Virus record (IMG/VR): IMGVR_UViG_3300017766_001048
Coordinates: 1-25,020 of that record
Length of the DNA: 25,020 nt
DNA from: a virus
Taxonomy: Duplodnaviria > Caudoviricetes
Reading direction: 5' to 3' (one strand)
Below are positions 8,526 through 18,413 of this stretch, one piece after another. A program made the translations under genes and the position numbers. The notes beneath the pieces were generated by a model. It saw nothing but the letters and a program-made list of their open reading frames with translations. It did no database searches and was not told where the DNA came from. Each line of letters opens with the position of its first letter. The stretch's first letter is position 1.

Positions 8526-10202
8526 ATGGCAGAGCAAGCGTCCGAGCATCCACTGATTCAGCATAAGTACGGGATACGTTCACCCGTCAAGATTCCAGAC
8601 CTAGAACTGGAACTTTACGCATTCCGAAACCGGCTCCAGCCAAACGAGGGTGGTTTAGGCACTTTCGACCATTTTGTTAACGCCACCAAGATGCTCTGGC
8701 CAAAGCTGAGCTGGAATCCGTGGCTAGAAGCTCAGGTCGAAAGCCTCTGCGAGCATGATTATGTCGGCTGGGCTGGATGCGGCGCGTCCGGCAAGACGTT
8801 CGGAGCGACTCTTTTCGCTACCGTCTGGTGGTTGGCCAATCCTTCCAAGTCCACCGTCGTCCTAACCTCGACGACCGCGAAGATGATCCGCAAGCGTATG
8901 TGGGCCAATCTTCAAGATCTGGTCCGTAAGTCGCGCGGGTTTCCCGGCAACATGGTCGATTCGAAGATGGCCTTGCAGGCTATCAAAGGTGACGACCGAC
9001 ACTCGATATCGGCCATCGCTGTCGCGGAAGGCAATACGGCGAAGGCTGTGGCCAACATCCAGGGTATCCACGCCGAGCGAGTGATGGTCATCATCGACGA
9101 AGCGACGGATACGCCCGAAGCGGCTTTCGAGGCTTGCACGAACCTTTCCAAGGGTTGCCGCGAGTTCAAGATGCTGGTCATCGGAAACCCCGCTTCGAAG
9201 TACGATCCGCACGGACGTTTCTGCACACCGGCTAAGGGTTGGCGCAGCGTCACGATTGAAGATCAGCATTGGCTGACCGAGCGTGGCATGTGCCGACGGT
9301 TCGACGGCATGAAGTCGCCGAACATCAGCGAAGGGCGAACGAAGTATCCATACCTCATAACGCATGATCAGGTGCTGTCAGCCATGCGACATGAGGGCGA
9401 ACAAAGCCCTACGTTCTGGAAGTACACACGCGGATTCTGGGCGCCGGACGGCATGGTTAAGACGGTGCTGTCCGAATCACTGATCGAGACGCACACACCT
9501 ACAAGAAAGTTGACGTTCACGACCAATGTCGAGCAGGTGGCTGCTCTCGATCCTGGTTTCGGTGGCGACAGATGTATCCTTCGCTTTGCCAAGGTTGGCA
9601 CCGCAAATGACAAGCTGAGCATACTCTTTGGCGATATCGTTCAAATCTCGCCGAATGCTGCGCTGACCGAGCCGGTTCACTACCAGATTGCCAATCGAGT
9701 CAAAGAGGAGTGCCGAAACCGGAATGTTCCGCCCGACAAGTTCGCACTCGATTCAAGCGGTGAGGGCGGCGGTTTGGCCGACATTCTGACCCGCGAATGG
9801 GGCGTCGTTCATCGCGTCGAGTTCGGCGGCTCACCGTCAACCATTCCGGTCAGCGACGAGGATAGTCGGCCATGCAATGAGGCATACGACCGCAAGGTGA
9901 CGGAACTTTGGTTCTCGATGCGAAAATGGGTCATCGAGGAGCGCATTGGCGGGGCGGACATCGAGACGTTGCAAGAGTTCTGCTCGCGCATGTTCGATGA
10001 TTCGAAGCGGAAGATATCGGTCGAATCCAAGACCGTGATGAAGCAGCGCACCGGAAAATCGCCTGACTTGGCCGACGCTGCTGTAGTCTTGCTTGATCTA
10101 GTCCGCAAAACCGCTGTCCTCGAACCGCGAGCAACCAAGATGGATAAAGTTTGGGAAAAGCTCGTTCGAGACGCTGATTCAATCTATTACGACGACTTAT
10201 GA
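8526..10202 (+). CDS. terL: Terminase large subunit
   Basis: Walker A GCGASGKT, Walker B VIIDEA, coupling motif IGNP, RNase H-like nuclease residues ALDPGFGGD, LDSSG and SPDLADA. Start taken at ATG 8526 (MAEQASE). Confidence 0.92.
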   Translation: MAEQASEHPLIQHKYGIRSPVKIPDLELELYAFRNRLQPNEGGLGTFDHFVNATKMLWPKLSWNPWLEAQVESLCEHDYVGWAGCGASGKTFGATLFATVWWLANPSKSTVVLTSTTAKMIRKRMWANLQDLVRKSRGFPGNMVDSKMALQAIKGDDRHSISAIAVAEGNTAKAVANIQGIHAERVMVIIDEATDTPEAAFEACTNLSKGCREFKMLVIGNPASKYDPHGRFCTPAKGWRSVTIEDQHWLTERGMCRRFDGMKSPNISEGRTKYPYLITHDQVLSAMRHEGEQSPTFWKYTRGFWAPDGMVKTVLSESLIETHTPTRKLTFTTNVEQVAALDPGFGGDRCILRFAKVGTANDKLSILFGDIVQISPNAALTEPVHYQIANRVKEECRNRNVPPDKFALDSSGEGGGLADILTREWGVVHRVEFGGSPSTIPVSDEDSRPCNEAYDRKVTELWFSMRKWVIEERIGGADIETLQEFCSRMFDDSKRKISVESKTVMKQRTGKSPDLADAAVVLLDLVRKTAVLEPRATKMDKVWEKLVRDADSIYYDDL

Positions 10203-10828
10203 GCAAAGTCACCGGATACAAAGTCCTGAACGAACACATGGTCATCCCCGGCGGATGGCATTACCGCGTCCCCGAGACTGGCATCGAAATCATGGGCGGC
10301 TCATGGCCGCAGCTCCATGAGTTCGTTCGCAACCATTACACGGCCAACGCGATACCTATCCCGTCCAATCTCGACACGTTAATCACCGAGTATGCGTGTC
10401 GTAACGGTGCAGATTGCGCGTTCAACGAGGTAGAAATTCCAAAGCCTGAAGGCCGTAAATCGCTCCAGATTGGCGATGTTATCCGCTTCAGCATGAGCCT
10501 TCTTCATGGACTGACCGTTGGCGGAGGCAAAGTCGATCAGGCTGAAGCCACGCGCAGGGCGTCGATCTGCTCAACCTGCATGTACAACCGCAAACCGCTC
10601 GGATGCACCGGATGCAATGCTCGGGTGCTGAAAGAAGCGGTAAAAACTTTTTCTCAGCATGGCAGCACACCCCTAGACGAAAGCCTGCAAAGCTGCGAAT
10701 TTTGCGGTTGCTTTATCAGGAGCATGGTGTGGTTTCCCATTGAAACGCTCCATAAATTTACAGACGCTACAGAGAACAAAAACCTTCCGGCTCACTGCTG
10801 GAAAAAACGACCATGTACGGATCAATAG
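10199..10828 (+). CDS. Cys-rich putative zinc-binding protein, 209 aa
   Basis: RASICSTC, CTGC, CEFCGC and HCW motifs. ATGA-coupled to terL and overlapping the portal start. Confidence 0.65.
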   Translation: MSKVTGYKVLNEHMVIPGGWHYRVPETGIEIMGGSWPQLHEFVRNHYTANAIPIPSNLDTLITEYACRNGADCAFNEVEIPKPEGRKSLQIGDVIRFSMSLLHGLTVGGGKVDQAEATRRASICSTCMYNRKPLGCTGCNARVLKEAVKTFSQHGSTPLDESLQSCEFCGCFIRSMVWFPIETLHKFTDATENKNLPAHCWKKRPCTDQ

Positions 10829-13062
10829 CCCAACTGCCGCTTGAAACCCTCAACGAAGACGGTAAAGCGCCAGAGACGCGCATAGCCGACGCGGCATCGG
10901 CCCGTGAAATCTTCCAGAAGCTCATCATGGCCGACGAGCTTCGTAACAATACTCGGGCTAAGCTGCGCGGTCTGGTTGATGGCAATCCTCCGTACAATCC
11001 GTCTGAACTGCGCCGTAACAATCAGGCGTTCCGAACCAATGTGAACTTCCGCGAGTCGGAAGCGTTCCTCACGTTGGCCATGTCTGCCTTCTACGATGTC
11101 TTCGCCGAGGTTCCGACCTACGCGAATGTCCGTACCGCTTACGGAAACGACATGGATAAGCGGGAGGAATGGTCGAAGATCATCACCGAGGAGTTCGACC
11201 GTCTTCAGAAGCTCGACAAGGATTTCGATTACATCGTCCAGCTCTCTCAGCGCGAGATGGTTCTCATTGGCGATGGTCCGCTGATCTTCGAAGACAATAC
11301 CAACTGGCGCTGCAAGGCCATCATGGCGACGGATCTTCTCGTCCCCGATGGCACCAAGTCGAATGTCAGCGATTGGAAGGTGGCCTGCGTCCGCACCCGC
11401 ATGGGCGTCGATGACCTGTTCGAAAAGATTCAGGATGAGGAGGCTGCTCGCGCCGCTGGCTGGAATGTCGATTACGTCCGCGAGCGTATCCGCGCGGCGA
11501 TGCCCGAGCCGTATCGATCCGGTGTTCAGTACGACTGGGAGTTCTTCCAACGCCAGCTTCGCTCGAACGACATCACCTTCTCGGCTCGTTCCGAGGTGGT
11601 GCTGATGTGCCACGTTTTCTACAAGGAATTCGATGGTCAGATCAGCCACGCCATCATCGATGAGCGTGACAGCCAGGACTTCATGTATCGCAAGCTCCGC
11701 CGCTTCAAGAAGTGGGAGCAGGTGATTCATCCGATGTACTACGACCGTGGTGACGGCGAGCATCACGGCGTCAAAGGCTTGGGAATCAAGATGCTTCAGG
11801 CGATGGAGCTGAAGAATCGTCTGCGCTGCTCGATGGTTGATAGCGCGTTCGCTCGCACCCAGATCCTGTTCCGTCCGCTCAACCCCAATGCGCTCAGCAA
11901 GACGAGCGTCGTTCAGCAAGGACCGTATGCGATACTTCCGCCCGACTACGAGGTCATCCAGCAAAACATTGCTGGCGTTCTGGACGCTCCTATGGCGGTC
12001 AACGCGGACCTTGAAAATGTTCTTCAAGGCAATCTCTCTCAGTACCGCCAATCGCTCAACAAGCCGTCCGGCAATCCCCGTACTGCCACCGAAGTCCAAG
12101 CCATCGTGGCGCAGCAGTCAGCAATCGGTAAGACGCAGTTGAGCCGGTATTACGCGCAGCTCGATTCTTTCTTTGAGGAACGGTTTCGCCGTGCTTCGAA
12201 TCCGAATCTGAATCCGATTACCCGCTCGGATAAGGACGCGATTGAGTTCCAGCGTCGATGCAAAGAGCGTGGCGTTCCGGTTCAGGCCATGCTCGACATC
12301 GATTACGTCGAAGCGACTCGTACTGTTGGCCAAGGTTCTCAGTTCGCTAAGCAGCAGCTTCTTGGCTCGCTCCTCGGCCTGCTTGGTTCTCTCCCCGAGG
12401 GTGGCAAGGTTAACCTCTTGCAGGACTACATCGCCGCTCAGGTTGGCCAGCAGATGGTTGATCGGTATCTGCCGAGTCAGTTGCAGACTTCGAAGGTTCA
12501 GGATCAGACCGCTCTGGCTGTCCTCGAACATTCCTCGCTGCGCCAGGGCAACATGGCGGTCGTCACCGATACGCAGAATCACATCGTTCACATCGACACG
12601 CATCTGGCGGCTGCGAACGAAGCTGCCGCATCGCTGCAACAAGGCGGCAATCCGCAAGAGATTGTCCTCTTCCTTCAGGGCATCGGTCAGCACGTTCAGG
12701 ATCATCTGCAACGCCTGTCCACTGATCCGACGCGGCGTCCGCAGGTCGAGGCTTACACGCAGCAGCTCCAAATGCTTAGTCAGACCATCGAACAGCTTGG
12801 ACAGTTGATTCAGGAGCAAGCTCAAGCGATGGCGCAGCAACAGCAGGCGATGGCGATTCAGCAGGGTGTCGATCCGAAGACCGCTGTTCTTAACGCGGAA
12901 GTTCAATCGAAAATCGCTCGCCAGAACGCCGAGACTATGGCCAACATTCAGCGTCAGAACACGAAGGCGATGGCCGACTTGGCTCGCCGGAATGCGAAGA
13001 CGACAGCGGACATTCAACGAGCGAACGCAACTGCTGAGTCGAACTTGGCGCGTCAGGGATGA
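10813..13062 (+). CDS. Portal protein, 749 aa
   Basis: Size, position after terL, the RTATEV motif common in podovirus portals, and a long Q/A-rich helical C-terminus like the P22 portal barrel. Confidence 0.8.
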   Translation: MYGSIAQLPLETLNEDGKAPETRIADAASAREIFQKLIMADELRNNTRAKLRGLVDGNPPYNPSELRRNNQAFRTNVNFRESEAFLTLAMSAFYDVFAEVPTYANVRTAYGNDMDKREEWSKIITEEFDRLQKLDKDFDYIVQLSQREMVLIGDGPLIFEDNTNWRCKAIMATDLLVPDGTKSNVSDWKVACVRTRMGVDDLFEKIQDEEAARAAGWNVDYVRERIRAAMPEPYRSGVQYDWEFFQRQLRSNDITFSARSEVVLMCHVFYKEFDGQISHAIIDERDSQDFMYRKLRRFKKWEQVIHPMYYDRGDGEHHGVKGLGIKMLQAMELKNRLRCSMVDSAFARTQILFRPLNPNALSKTSVVQQGPYAILPPDYEVIQQNIAGVLDAPMAVNADLENVLQGNLSQYRQSLNKPSGNPRTATEVQAIVAQQSAIGKTQLSRYYAQLDSFFEERFRRASNPNLNPITRSDKDAIEFQRRCKERGVPVQAMLDIDYVEATRTVGQGSQFAKQQLLGSLLGLLGSLPEGGKVNLLQDYIAAQVGQQMVDRYLPSQLQTSKVQDQTALAVLEHSSLRQGNMAVVTDTQNHIVHIDTHLAAANEAAASLQQGGNPQEIVLFLQGIGQHVQDHLQRLSTDPTRRPQVEAYTQQLQMLSQTIEQLGQLIQEQAQAMAQQQQAMAIQQGVDPKTAVLNAEVQSKIARQNAETMANIQRQNTKAMADLARRNAKTTADIQRANATAESNLARQG

Positions 13063-13790
13063 AAAACATACACTTCGTACACGGTCTTCACGACGACGGA
13101 TTCAACATCTGCGAGCGAATCGCAATCGCTTCGGCGTGGATGAACAATCCAGACTGGAGCGTTTTCCTGTGGTGTCCGAATGAGCCGGTCGGCGAGCAAT
13201 GGGAGAAGCTGAAGGCGAAGGTTCCGGTTCGGGTGATGCCGATTGGAAACCCGAAGACATGGAACGGCAAAAATGTCCCGCAGCATCAACATCGAGCCGA
13301 CCTTATTCGCCATACCATCTTGTATGCGATGGGTGGCGTTTATGCGGACACCGATACAATCACGGTTGCTCCGTTTCCTGAAGATTGGCTGAACCACGAC
13401 ACGGTGATTGGCCGTGAGTTCTGCGGCAACGAGCCAACGATTGGGCTTTGCAACGCTGTGATGTTCTCGCAGATGCACAGCCGATTCCAATGGAAGTGGC
13501 TTCAGAAATGGCAGGAGTTTGACGGCAGCGGATGGAACGAGATTTCGGTTCAATATCCGCTGAAGATCCACAACGAAAACCCCGGCTTAGCCAAGTCGGT
13601 TGACTTCGAAATGCTTGGGTTTATCCACTGCGGCTCTTACAAATACTGGGAGGGAATCCACTCGCTCGACGGATGTGTCATCGCCCACCTGTGGCGCACC
13701 TATCACGATCAGAAGATGCGCGCGCTTACCGAGAATGAAATTTTGAAACGCGAAAACACCTACTGCCTGCATGCTTCAAAATATCTTTGA
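13059..13790 (+). CDS. GT32-like (DXD sugar-binding) glycosyltransferase
   Basis: KNIHFV...SAWMNNPDW...HRADLIRHTILYAMGGVYADTD...NAVM is the family signature. Confidence 0.88.
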   Translation: MKNIHFVHGLHDDGFNICERIAIASAWMNNPDWSVFLWCPNEPVGEQWEKLKAKVPVRVMPIGNPKTWNGKNVPQHQHRADLIRHTILYAMGGVYADTDTITVAPFPEDWLNHDTVIGREFCGNEPTIGLCNAVMFSQMHSRFQWKWLQKWQEFDGSGWNEISVQYPLKIHNENPGLAKSVDFEMLGFIHCGSYKYWEGIHSLDGCVIAHLWRTYHDQKMRALTENEILKRENTYCLHASKYL

Positions 13791-14337
13791 TCGAATCTAC
13801 CTGACTGACGAATGGAACGGTGGTTCCGGTCCTGGTTCGCATCCGTCCAACACCGCAAAATACGTCAAGTTCCTCAATTCGTTCATTCGAGAGAACTCGA
13901 TCAAGTCGATTCTGGATATCGGTTGCGGAGATTGGCAGTTGATGTCGATGGTTGACCTGTCTGGAGTTCGATACAAGGGCATCGATATCAGCCCAGTTGC
14001 CACATCTCTTGCGAGGTCAAAAGCTCCGGCAAAAGCTGACATCAGCAACGAAAACATTGAGAACATCATCGAGTCCTTTGACTTGGTTCACATCAAGGAT
14101 GTTCTCCAGCATCTGGAGTTTTCTGAGTGCCGAAGAATCCTTGAAATCATCTCGTCCCGACACAAGTCGGCGCTTGTTGTGAACGAGCATCCTCCAGCAT
14201 CGAACGACATCAAGAACGGTCAGTACAGGCCGCTGAGCATCGTTGCTGAACCTTTGTGTTGGCCACGGGCAACGGTCATCAAGGTTTTCACGAATCCGCT
14301 GTTCAGAAAATCAGTCACCTACATTCACCCAAAATGA
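13771..14337 (+). CDS. Class I SAM-dependent methyltransferase
   Basis: FDRIY..W..GSGPGS, motif I ILDIGCGD, YKGIDIS, and DLVHIKDVLQHL. Confidence 0.88.
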   Translation: MLQNIFDRIYLTDEWNGGSGPGSHPSNTAKYVKFLNSFIRENSIKSILDIGCGDWQLMSMVDLSGVRYKGIDISPVATSLARSKAPAKADISNENIENIIESFDLVHIKDVLQHLEFSECRRILEIISSRHKSALVVNEHPPASNDIKNGQYRPLSIVAEPLCWPRATVIKVFTNPLFRKSVTYIHPK

Positions 14338-14954
14338 CAACGCATGACGCGCTTAAAAACTTCGTCTCCGAACAGTTCCCGAAAATGGGCGGCTGGTGCG
14401 ATCCAGAAAAGGGATTCGAGATTGGAAAACTTGTCATCGACAACAAGCCACAACGAATCGCCGAAGTCGGTGTCTTCGAAGGCAAGTCAACGCTCGCGCT
14501 GGCCTACGCCTGCAAGCTGAACGGTAACGGAACCGTCTATGCCATCGACTCTTGGAAGAAAGAGGACTGCATCGACGACGAGGTGAGCGGCAATCAGGAA
14601 TGGTGGTCCAAGCTCGACCTCGATGGTCATTACGAGGCCTTCGTTGGACACACCGTCCGCGCGCAGGTTGTCCGTCACATTCAGTTCTGCCGCATGTCGA
14701 GCTGGGATGCTTCACGCTCTCTGCCCGACATGGATATGGTTCACATCGATGCCAACCACGCCGAATGGCCTTCTACGAGCGATGTCGTCAACTGGCTTCC
14801 GAAGCTCAAGGTTGGCGGCTATTTGATCATGGACGATGTGAACTGGGAATCCACGCAAACGGCCATCCGATTCGCGGAGAAATACTGTACGCTGGTTCAG
14901 CGGTACGACCTAAAGGAAAGCGTGTTTTCGATCTACCAGAAGACTAAAAAATGA
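14334..14954 (+). CDS. Class I SAM-dependent methyltransferase (Methyltransf_24-like)
   Basis: AEVGVFEGKS, YAIDSW, VHIDANH and LKVGGYLIMDD. Start taken at the ATGA overlap at 14334 (MTTHDALK). Confidence 0.88.
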   Translation: MTTHDALKNFVSEQFPKMGGWCDPEKGFEIGKLVIDNKPQRIAEVGVFEGKSTLALAYACKLNGNGTVYAIDSWKKEDCIDDEVSGNQEWWSKLDLDGHYEAFVGHTVRAQVVRHIQFCRMSSWDASRSLPDMDMVHIDANHAEWPSTSDVVNWLPKLKVGGYLIMDDVNWESTQTAIRFAEKYCTLVQRYDLKESVFSIYQKTKK

Positions 14955-15550
14955 TTCCAATCGTCATCACCCAGCGCGGATCTAAGCGGATTAAATTTGT
15001 CACCGAGAGCCTCAAGAAAGCTGGAATTGAAGACTATCGGTTCTTCCATGGATTGAACGGTGAAAAATCTGGGCTTAAGGCAACAATTCCGTACATCGAG
15101 GATAACAGACTAGATCCATACTACATTTGCTCAAAGCATGTCGGATGCACGATGTCACACATCATGCTCTGGTCCGCGCTTGAGATGACGAGGGGGGATG
15201 ACTACTGGCTGGTTCTTGAGGACGATGTTGTTTTCAGAGATGGATGGCGAGCTGCTGTCGATCTTGCGCTGAAAGAAGTTCCAGAAAATTGGGACATGAT
15301 CTTTGTCGGTTCATGTTGTTCCGTCGGGCGTGTTGAAGAGCAGGTTGGCCACAACCTGTATCGATGCCATCCGCTCTGCACTCACGCTTACATTGTCCGC
15401 AGGAAAGCGTTGAAACCGCTGCTGGAAACAACCGCCGAAATTTCTGCCCACATTGATTTGCTTATCTACTTCAAAACGAGGCATCTTTTGAACTCTTACT
15501 CCATCCTTCCAAGGGTGGCCGATCAGTTCGAAACCGAGATTCCAGATTGA
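14951..15550 (+). CDS. GT25-like glycosyltransferase
   Basis: R..F...L, FFHGLNG, VGCTMSH..LW, LVLEDD, WDMIFVG and THAYIV motifs. Confidence 0.88.
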   Translation: MIPIVITQRGSKRIKFVTESLKKAGIEDYRFFHGLNGEKSGLKATIPYIEDNRLDPYYICSKHVGCTMSHIMLWSALEMTRGDDYWLVLEDDVVFRDGWRAAVDLALKEVPENWDMIFVGSCCSVGRVEEQVGHNLYRCHPLCTHAYIVRRKALKPLLETTAEISAHIDLLIYFKTRHLLNSYSILPRVADQFETEIPD

Positions 15551-15563
15551 GGAGCGCATAAAA

Positions 15564-16919
15564 ATGAGAGACATCATCCGAGATATCAGCCTCAAGGCTC
15601 TTAAACGCTTCGCCAATGGCGGCGATAGTCATGCCGATCTTCTCATGCAGATAGAAGACCTCCGCAAGACGCTGGAGATTCGCACCAAGGAGCATGAGGA
15701 GCATCTCACCGAGGTCCGCGAGGAGCGCGATCATTGGCTTTCACTGTACGATGAAGTCAAATTTGCAGCCGAGTTTCTAATGAGCTACGCCAAAAATGAT
15801 GTTCCCAAGCTGGCCGAACAGAGCGATTGGGAGGTTGGAAAAATCGTTCTCCCGGCTGAAACCGGAACGTACTACTTCAATCCGGCAATCATGCAGGAGG
15901 CAGATGGAAGAATCATGCTTTTTGCCCGTCGCTGCCGGAACAAGCGCGAGAAGGACGAGGATGTTTACACCGAGAAGAACGACATCGTTGCCTTCGAGCT
16001 GAGTAAAGATTTACGAGCCACAAAAAAGTCGATCCTCCAGCTCACGGCCAGCTACCCGAACGAGCAGTTCGAAGATCCGCGTGTCGTGAAGTTCGGCGAC
16101 AAATACGGCGTGAGCTGCTGCACGTTCGTTCCGTTCAAGAGCTACGCGCATCAGGCGATGTTCCTGCTTGATAAGCAGTTCCTGAACGTGGGCCGGTTCG
16201 ATCCGATCTACGGCAACAACTACGCGCAGGCCATGATCAACGATGGCCATGAGAAGAACTGGCTCTACTTCGTCCACGACAACGCGCCACACATGGTGTA
16301 TTCGGCCAATCCCCATGTCGTTGTACGCCTTAATGGGCGTTTAGAGAAGGATGCCGAGTACGTCACCGACGAGTTCAATCCGCTCTGGAAATTTGGCGAG
16401 GTTCGCGGCGGAACAAATCCGATCCTCTGCGACGGCCTGTACTGGACCTTCTTCCACAGCTCGCTGCCATGGATCAACAATAAACGCCGGTATTACATGG
16501 GAGCATACGCCTTTGAAGCCAAGGCTCCGTTCCGCATTGTCCGCATGACGACGTTGCCGCTTCTCACCGGCACGAATCAACAGGACTGGTGGCCGGGATT
16601 GCCAGCGGTCGTGTTCCCGTGCGGTGCTTTCTTCGACAGCGCGAAGAACAATTTCGTCATCTCGTACGGCATCAACGATGTCGATTGCGGCTACATGAAG
16701 CTGCCGCTGGCCGACCTGCTTGAGGTGACGAAGGTCATTCGACCGAAGCGCGATGTAGTCAACAAGGAGAACCCGCCGACCCTGGTGGACGTTCTCGATC
16801 CGATTCCCGAGCGGCACAAACTGAAACGAAACAAGAAGTCTAAATACAATGAACTGGCTAAGAGGCTTGACGAAAAACCCGAGCAAACAGACGAAGCAGG
16901 ATCTGCTGAATCTGCCTGA
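15564..16919 (+). CDS. Five-bladed beta-propeller carbohydrate enzyme (GH130/DUF377-like) with an N-terminal coiled-coil extension
   Basis: YFNPAI, FEDPRV, EKNW, RGGT, VVFPCG and ISYGIND motifs. The first ~85 aa are helical. Confidence 0.75.
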   Translation: MRDIIRDISLKALKRFANGGDSHADLLMQIEDLRKTLEIRTKEHEEHLTEVREERDHWLSLYDEVKFAAEFLMSYAKNDVPKLAEQSDWEVGKIVLPAETGTYYFNPAIMQEADGRIMLFARRCRNKREKDEDVYTEKNDIVAFELSKDLRATKKSILQLTASYPNEQFEDPRVVKFGDKYGVSCCTFVPFKSYAHQAMFLLDKQFLNVGRFDPIYGNNYAQAMINDGHEKNWLYFVHDNAPHMVYSANPHVVVRLNGRLEKDAEYVTDEFNPLWKFGEVRGGTNPILCDGLYWTFFHSSLPWINNKRRYYMGAYAFEAKAPFRIVRMTTLPLLTGTNQQDWWPGLPAVVFPCGAFFDSAKNNFVISYGINDVDCGYMKLPLADLLEVTKVIRPKRDVVNKENPPTLVDVLDPIPERHKLKRNKKSKYNELAKRLDEKPEQTDEAGSAESA

Positions 16920-17181
16920 AGTAAACCTGAGCGATTGGCAGAACGATGGCCAACAGGCTGAGCTTGCTGCGATTATGAGGAATCCGATCCTTCGGATGGC
17001 GATTCGAATCGTGTCGGAGTCGATTCCGGTGCCGATGCCGTCTCATGGCAGCAAGGAATCGGACATTATTTTCGCTGCCGGTGTAACCGCTGGCTACGCG
17101 CATTGTCTTGAAAACCTTCGTAAATTGGCCGTAATTGAAACAGCGAAAGAACCTGAAGCGACTTTTGAGAAATCGTACTAA
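16849..17181 (+). CDS. Small helical phage protein in the portal-scaffold interval
   Basis: 110 aa ending ...FAAGVTAGYAHCLENLRKL, similar to small proteins found between portal and scaffold genes; ends 11 nt before the next gene. Confidence 0.55.
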   Translation: MNWLRGLTKNPSKQTKQDLLNLPEVNLSDWQNDGQQAELAAIMRNPILRMAIRIVSESIPVPMPSHGSKESDIIFAAGVTAGYAHCLENLRKLAVIETAKEPEATFEKSY

Positions 17182-17192
17182 TCTCTAAAAAT

Positions 17193-18365
17193 ATGGAAGA
17201 ACCCCTGAATTCACCTCTCGTCAATAGCCAGTCTCCCGACTTTGGCAGCTCGTTCATCGACGCCTTCAAAGCCAGCGGAATCGATGATGCTGCGTCGGCC
17301 AATGAAGCCGCAAACACTGCGACTCAGGTTACCGAGCAGCCGAAAAAGCAGCAGAAGACCGACGATACATCTCCAAAGCTCAGTAAAGCTGAGAAGGACA
17401 TCGAGCGGATGTTCGGTAGCAGCAAAAAGACGGCTGAACCCGCCGCCGCTCCTGCTGCCGACGACGCGGATATCCCCGAGACGATCAAGTCTACGAAAGC
17501 CGCTGATGCTTTCCGCAAGATCAAGGAGGAGAAGGCGCAGCTTGCCAAGCAACTGGACGAGCTGAAGGCTGGCAAGTCTACCAACCCCGACTTCGAATCG
17601 CAGCTCAAGGCGTTGCAGGAAGAGCGTGATGCGCTTTCCGAGCGTGTCCGATTGCTGGACATCGAGCGTCATCCCGACTTCATCAAGAAGTACGAGGGCA
17701 AGATCAGCGGCGTGTTCGATTCGGTGAAGAACCTTGTGGGAACCGATGGCGAACGCCTTGTTTCGCTGCTCAAGTCGCCTGAGAGCGACTATCGCAACTC
17801 GCAGATCGACGACATCGTTGAAGGTCTTTCGCCGTCCAAGAAGGCCAAACTCGGCGCTCTCATCGTCAAGTACGACGAAATCAATGGCGAGCGCGCGTCC
17901 GAATTGTCCGAGGCTAAGGCCGATTACGATGCGGTCATCTCCAAGTACCAGCAGGACAACGAGGAGGGAACAAAGGCTGCACTGGAGTCGGCCACGAAGA
18001 CTTGGCAGAAGGTTTCAAGCGACGCTCGCTCGCTCGAAATCTTTGAACCGCGTGAGAACGATGAGGAGTGGAACAGCGAACTCAACCAGCGCCTGAGTCT
18101 TGCTCAGCAAATCTTCAACGGTGAGAACAGCGAAGAGGATCTGGCAAAGGCCGCTCTGTGGGCCGCTGCCGCTCCCAAGTACCGCGAACTGCTCTATGCT
18201 CAGGTCGAGGTGAACAAGCGTCTCCAGGCTGAATTATCCAAGTATCGAGGAAGCGAACCTGGAGTCAGCTCACGCGCGACGACCGGCGGTTCCAGGCCTG
18301 CCAGCACAAACGCTGCGAAGAGCGAAGACTTCGTTGCCAGCGTGATGAAGTCGTTAGGACGCTAA
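17193..18365 (+). CDS. Putative capsid scaffolding protein, 390 aa
   Basis: Disordered acidic N-terminus, long E/K/A coiled coils and a short C-terminal helix, located downstream of the portal. Confidence 0.55.
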   Translation: MEEPLNSPLVNSQSPDFGSSFIDAFKASGIDDAASANEAANTATQVTEQPKKQQKTDDTSPKLSKAEKDIERMFGSSKKTAEPAAAPAADDADIPETIKSTKAADAFRKIKEEKAQLAKQLDELKAGKSTNPDFESQLKALQEERDALSERVRLLDIERHPDFIKKYEGKISGVFDSVKNLVGTDGERLVSLLKSPESDYRNSQIDDIVEGLSPSKKAKLGALIVKYDEINGERASELSEAKADYDAVISKYQQDNEEGTKAALESATKTWQKVSSDARSLEIFEPRENDEEWNSELNQRLSLAQQIFNGENSEEDLAKAALWAAAAPKYRELLYAQVEVNKRLQAELSKYRGSEPGVSSRATTGGSRPASTNAAKSEDFVASVMKSLGR

Positions 18366-18372
18366 AACAATT

Positions 18373-18413
18373 ATCCCCCGATGGTTTTCATTACCACCGG
18401 GGGATTTTCGTTT
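18373..18413. terminator. Intrinsic terminator between convergent operons
   Basis: atcccccg-a-tggt-tttcatt-acca-c-cgggggat hairpin, followed by tttcgttt on + and by aattgtttt on -. Confidence 0.75.

Noticed and set aside
10822-13017. 425-aa and 299-aa minus-strand ORFs
   Set aside because: Antisense shadows of the portal gene; similar shadows occur over most genes here.
13771-14954. DNA methyltransferases / restriction-modification system
   Set aside because: No DPPY/NPPY or PC catalytic motifs; both resemble small-molecule or glycan methyltransferases.
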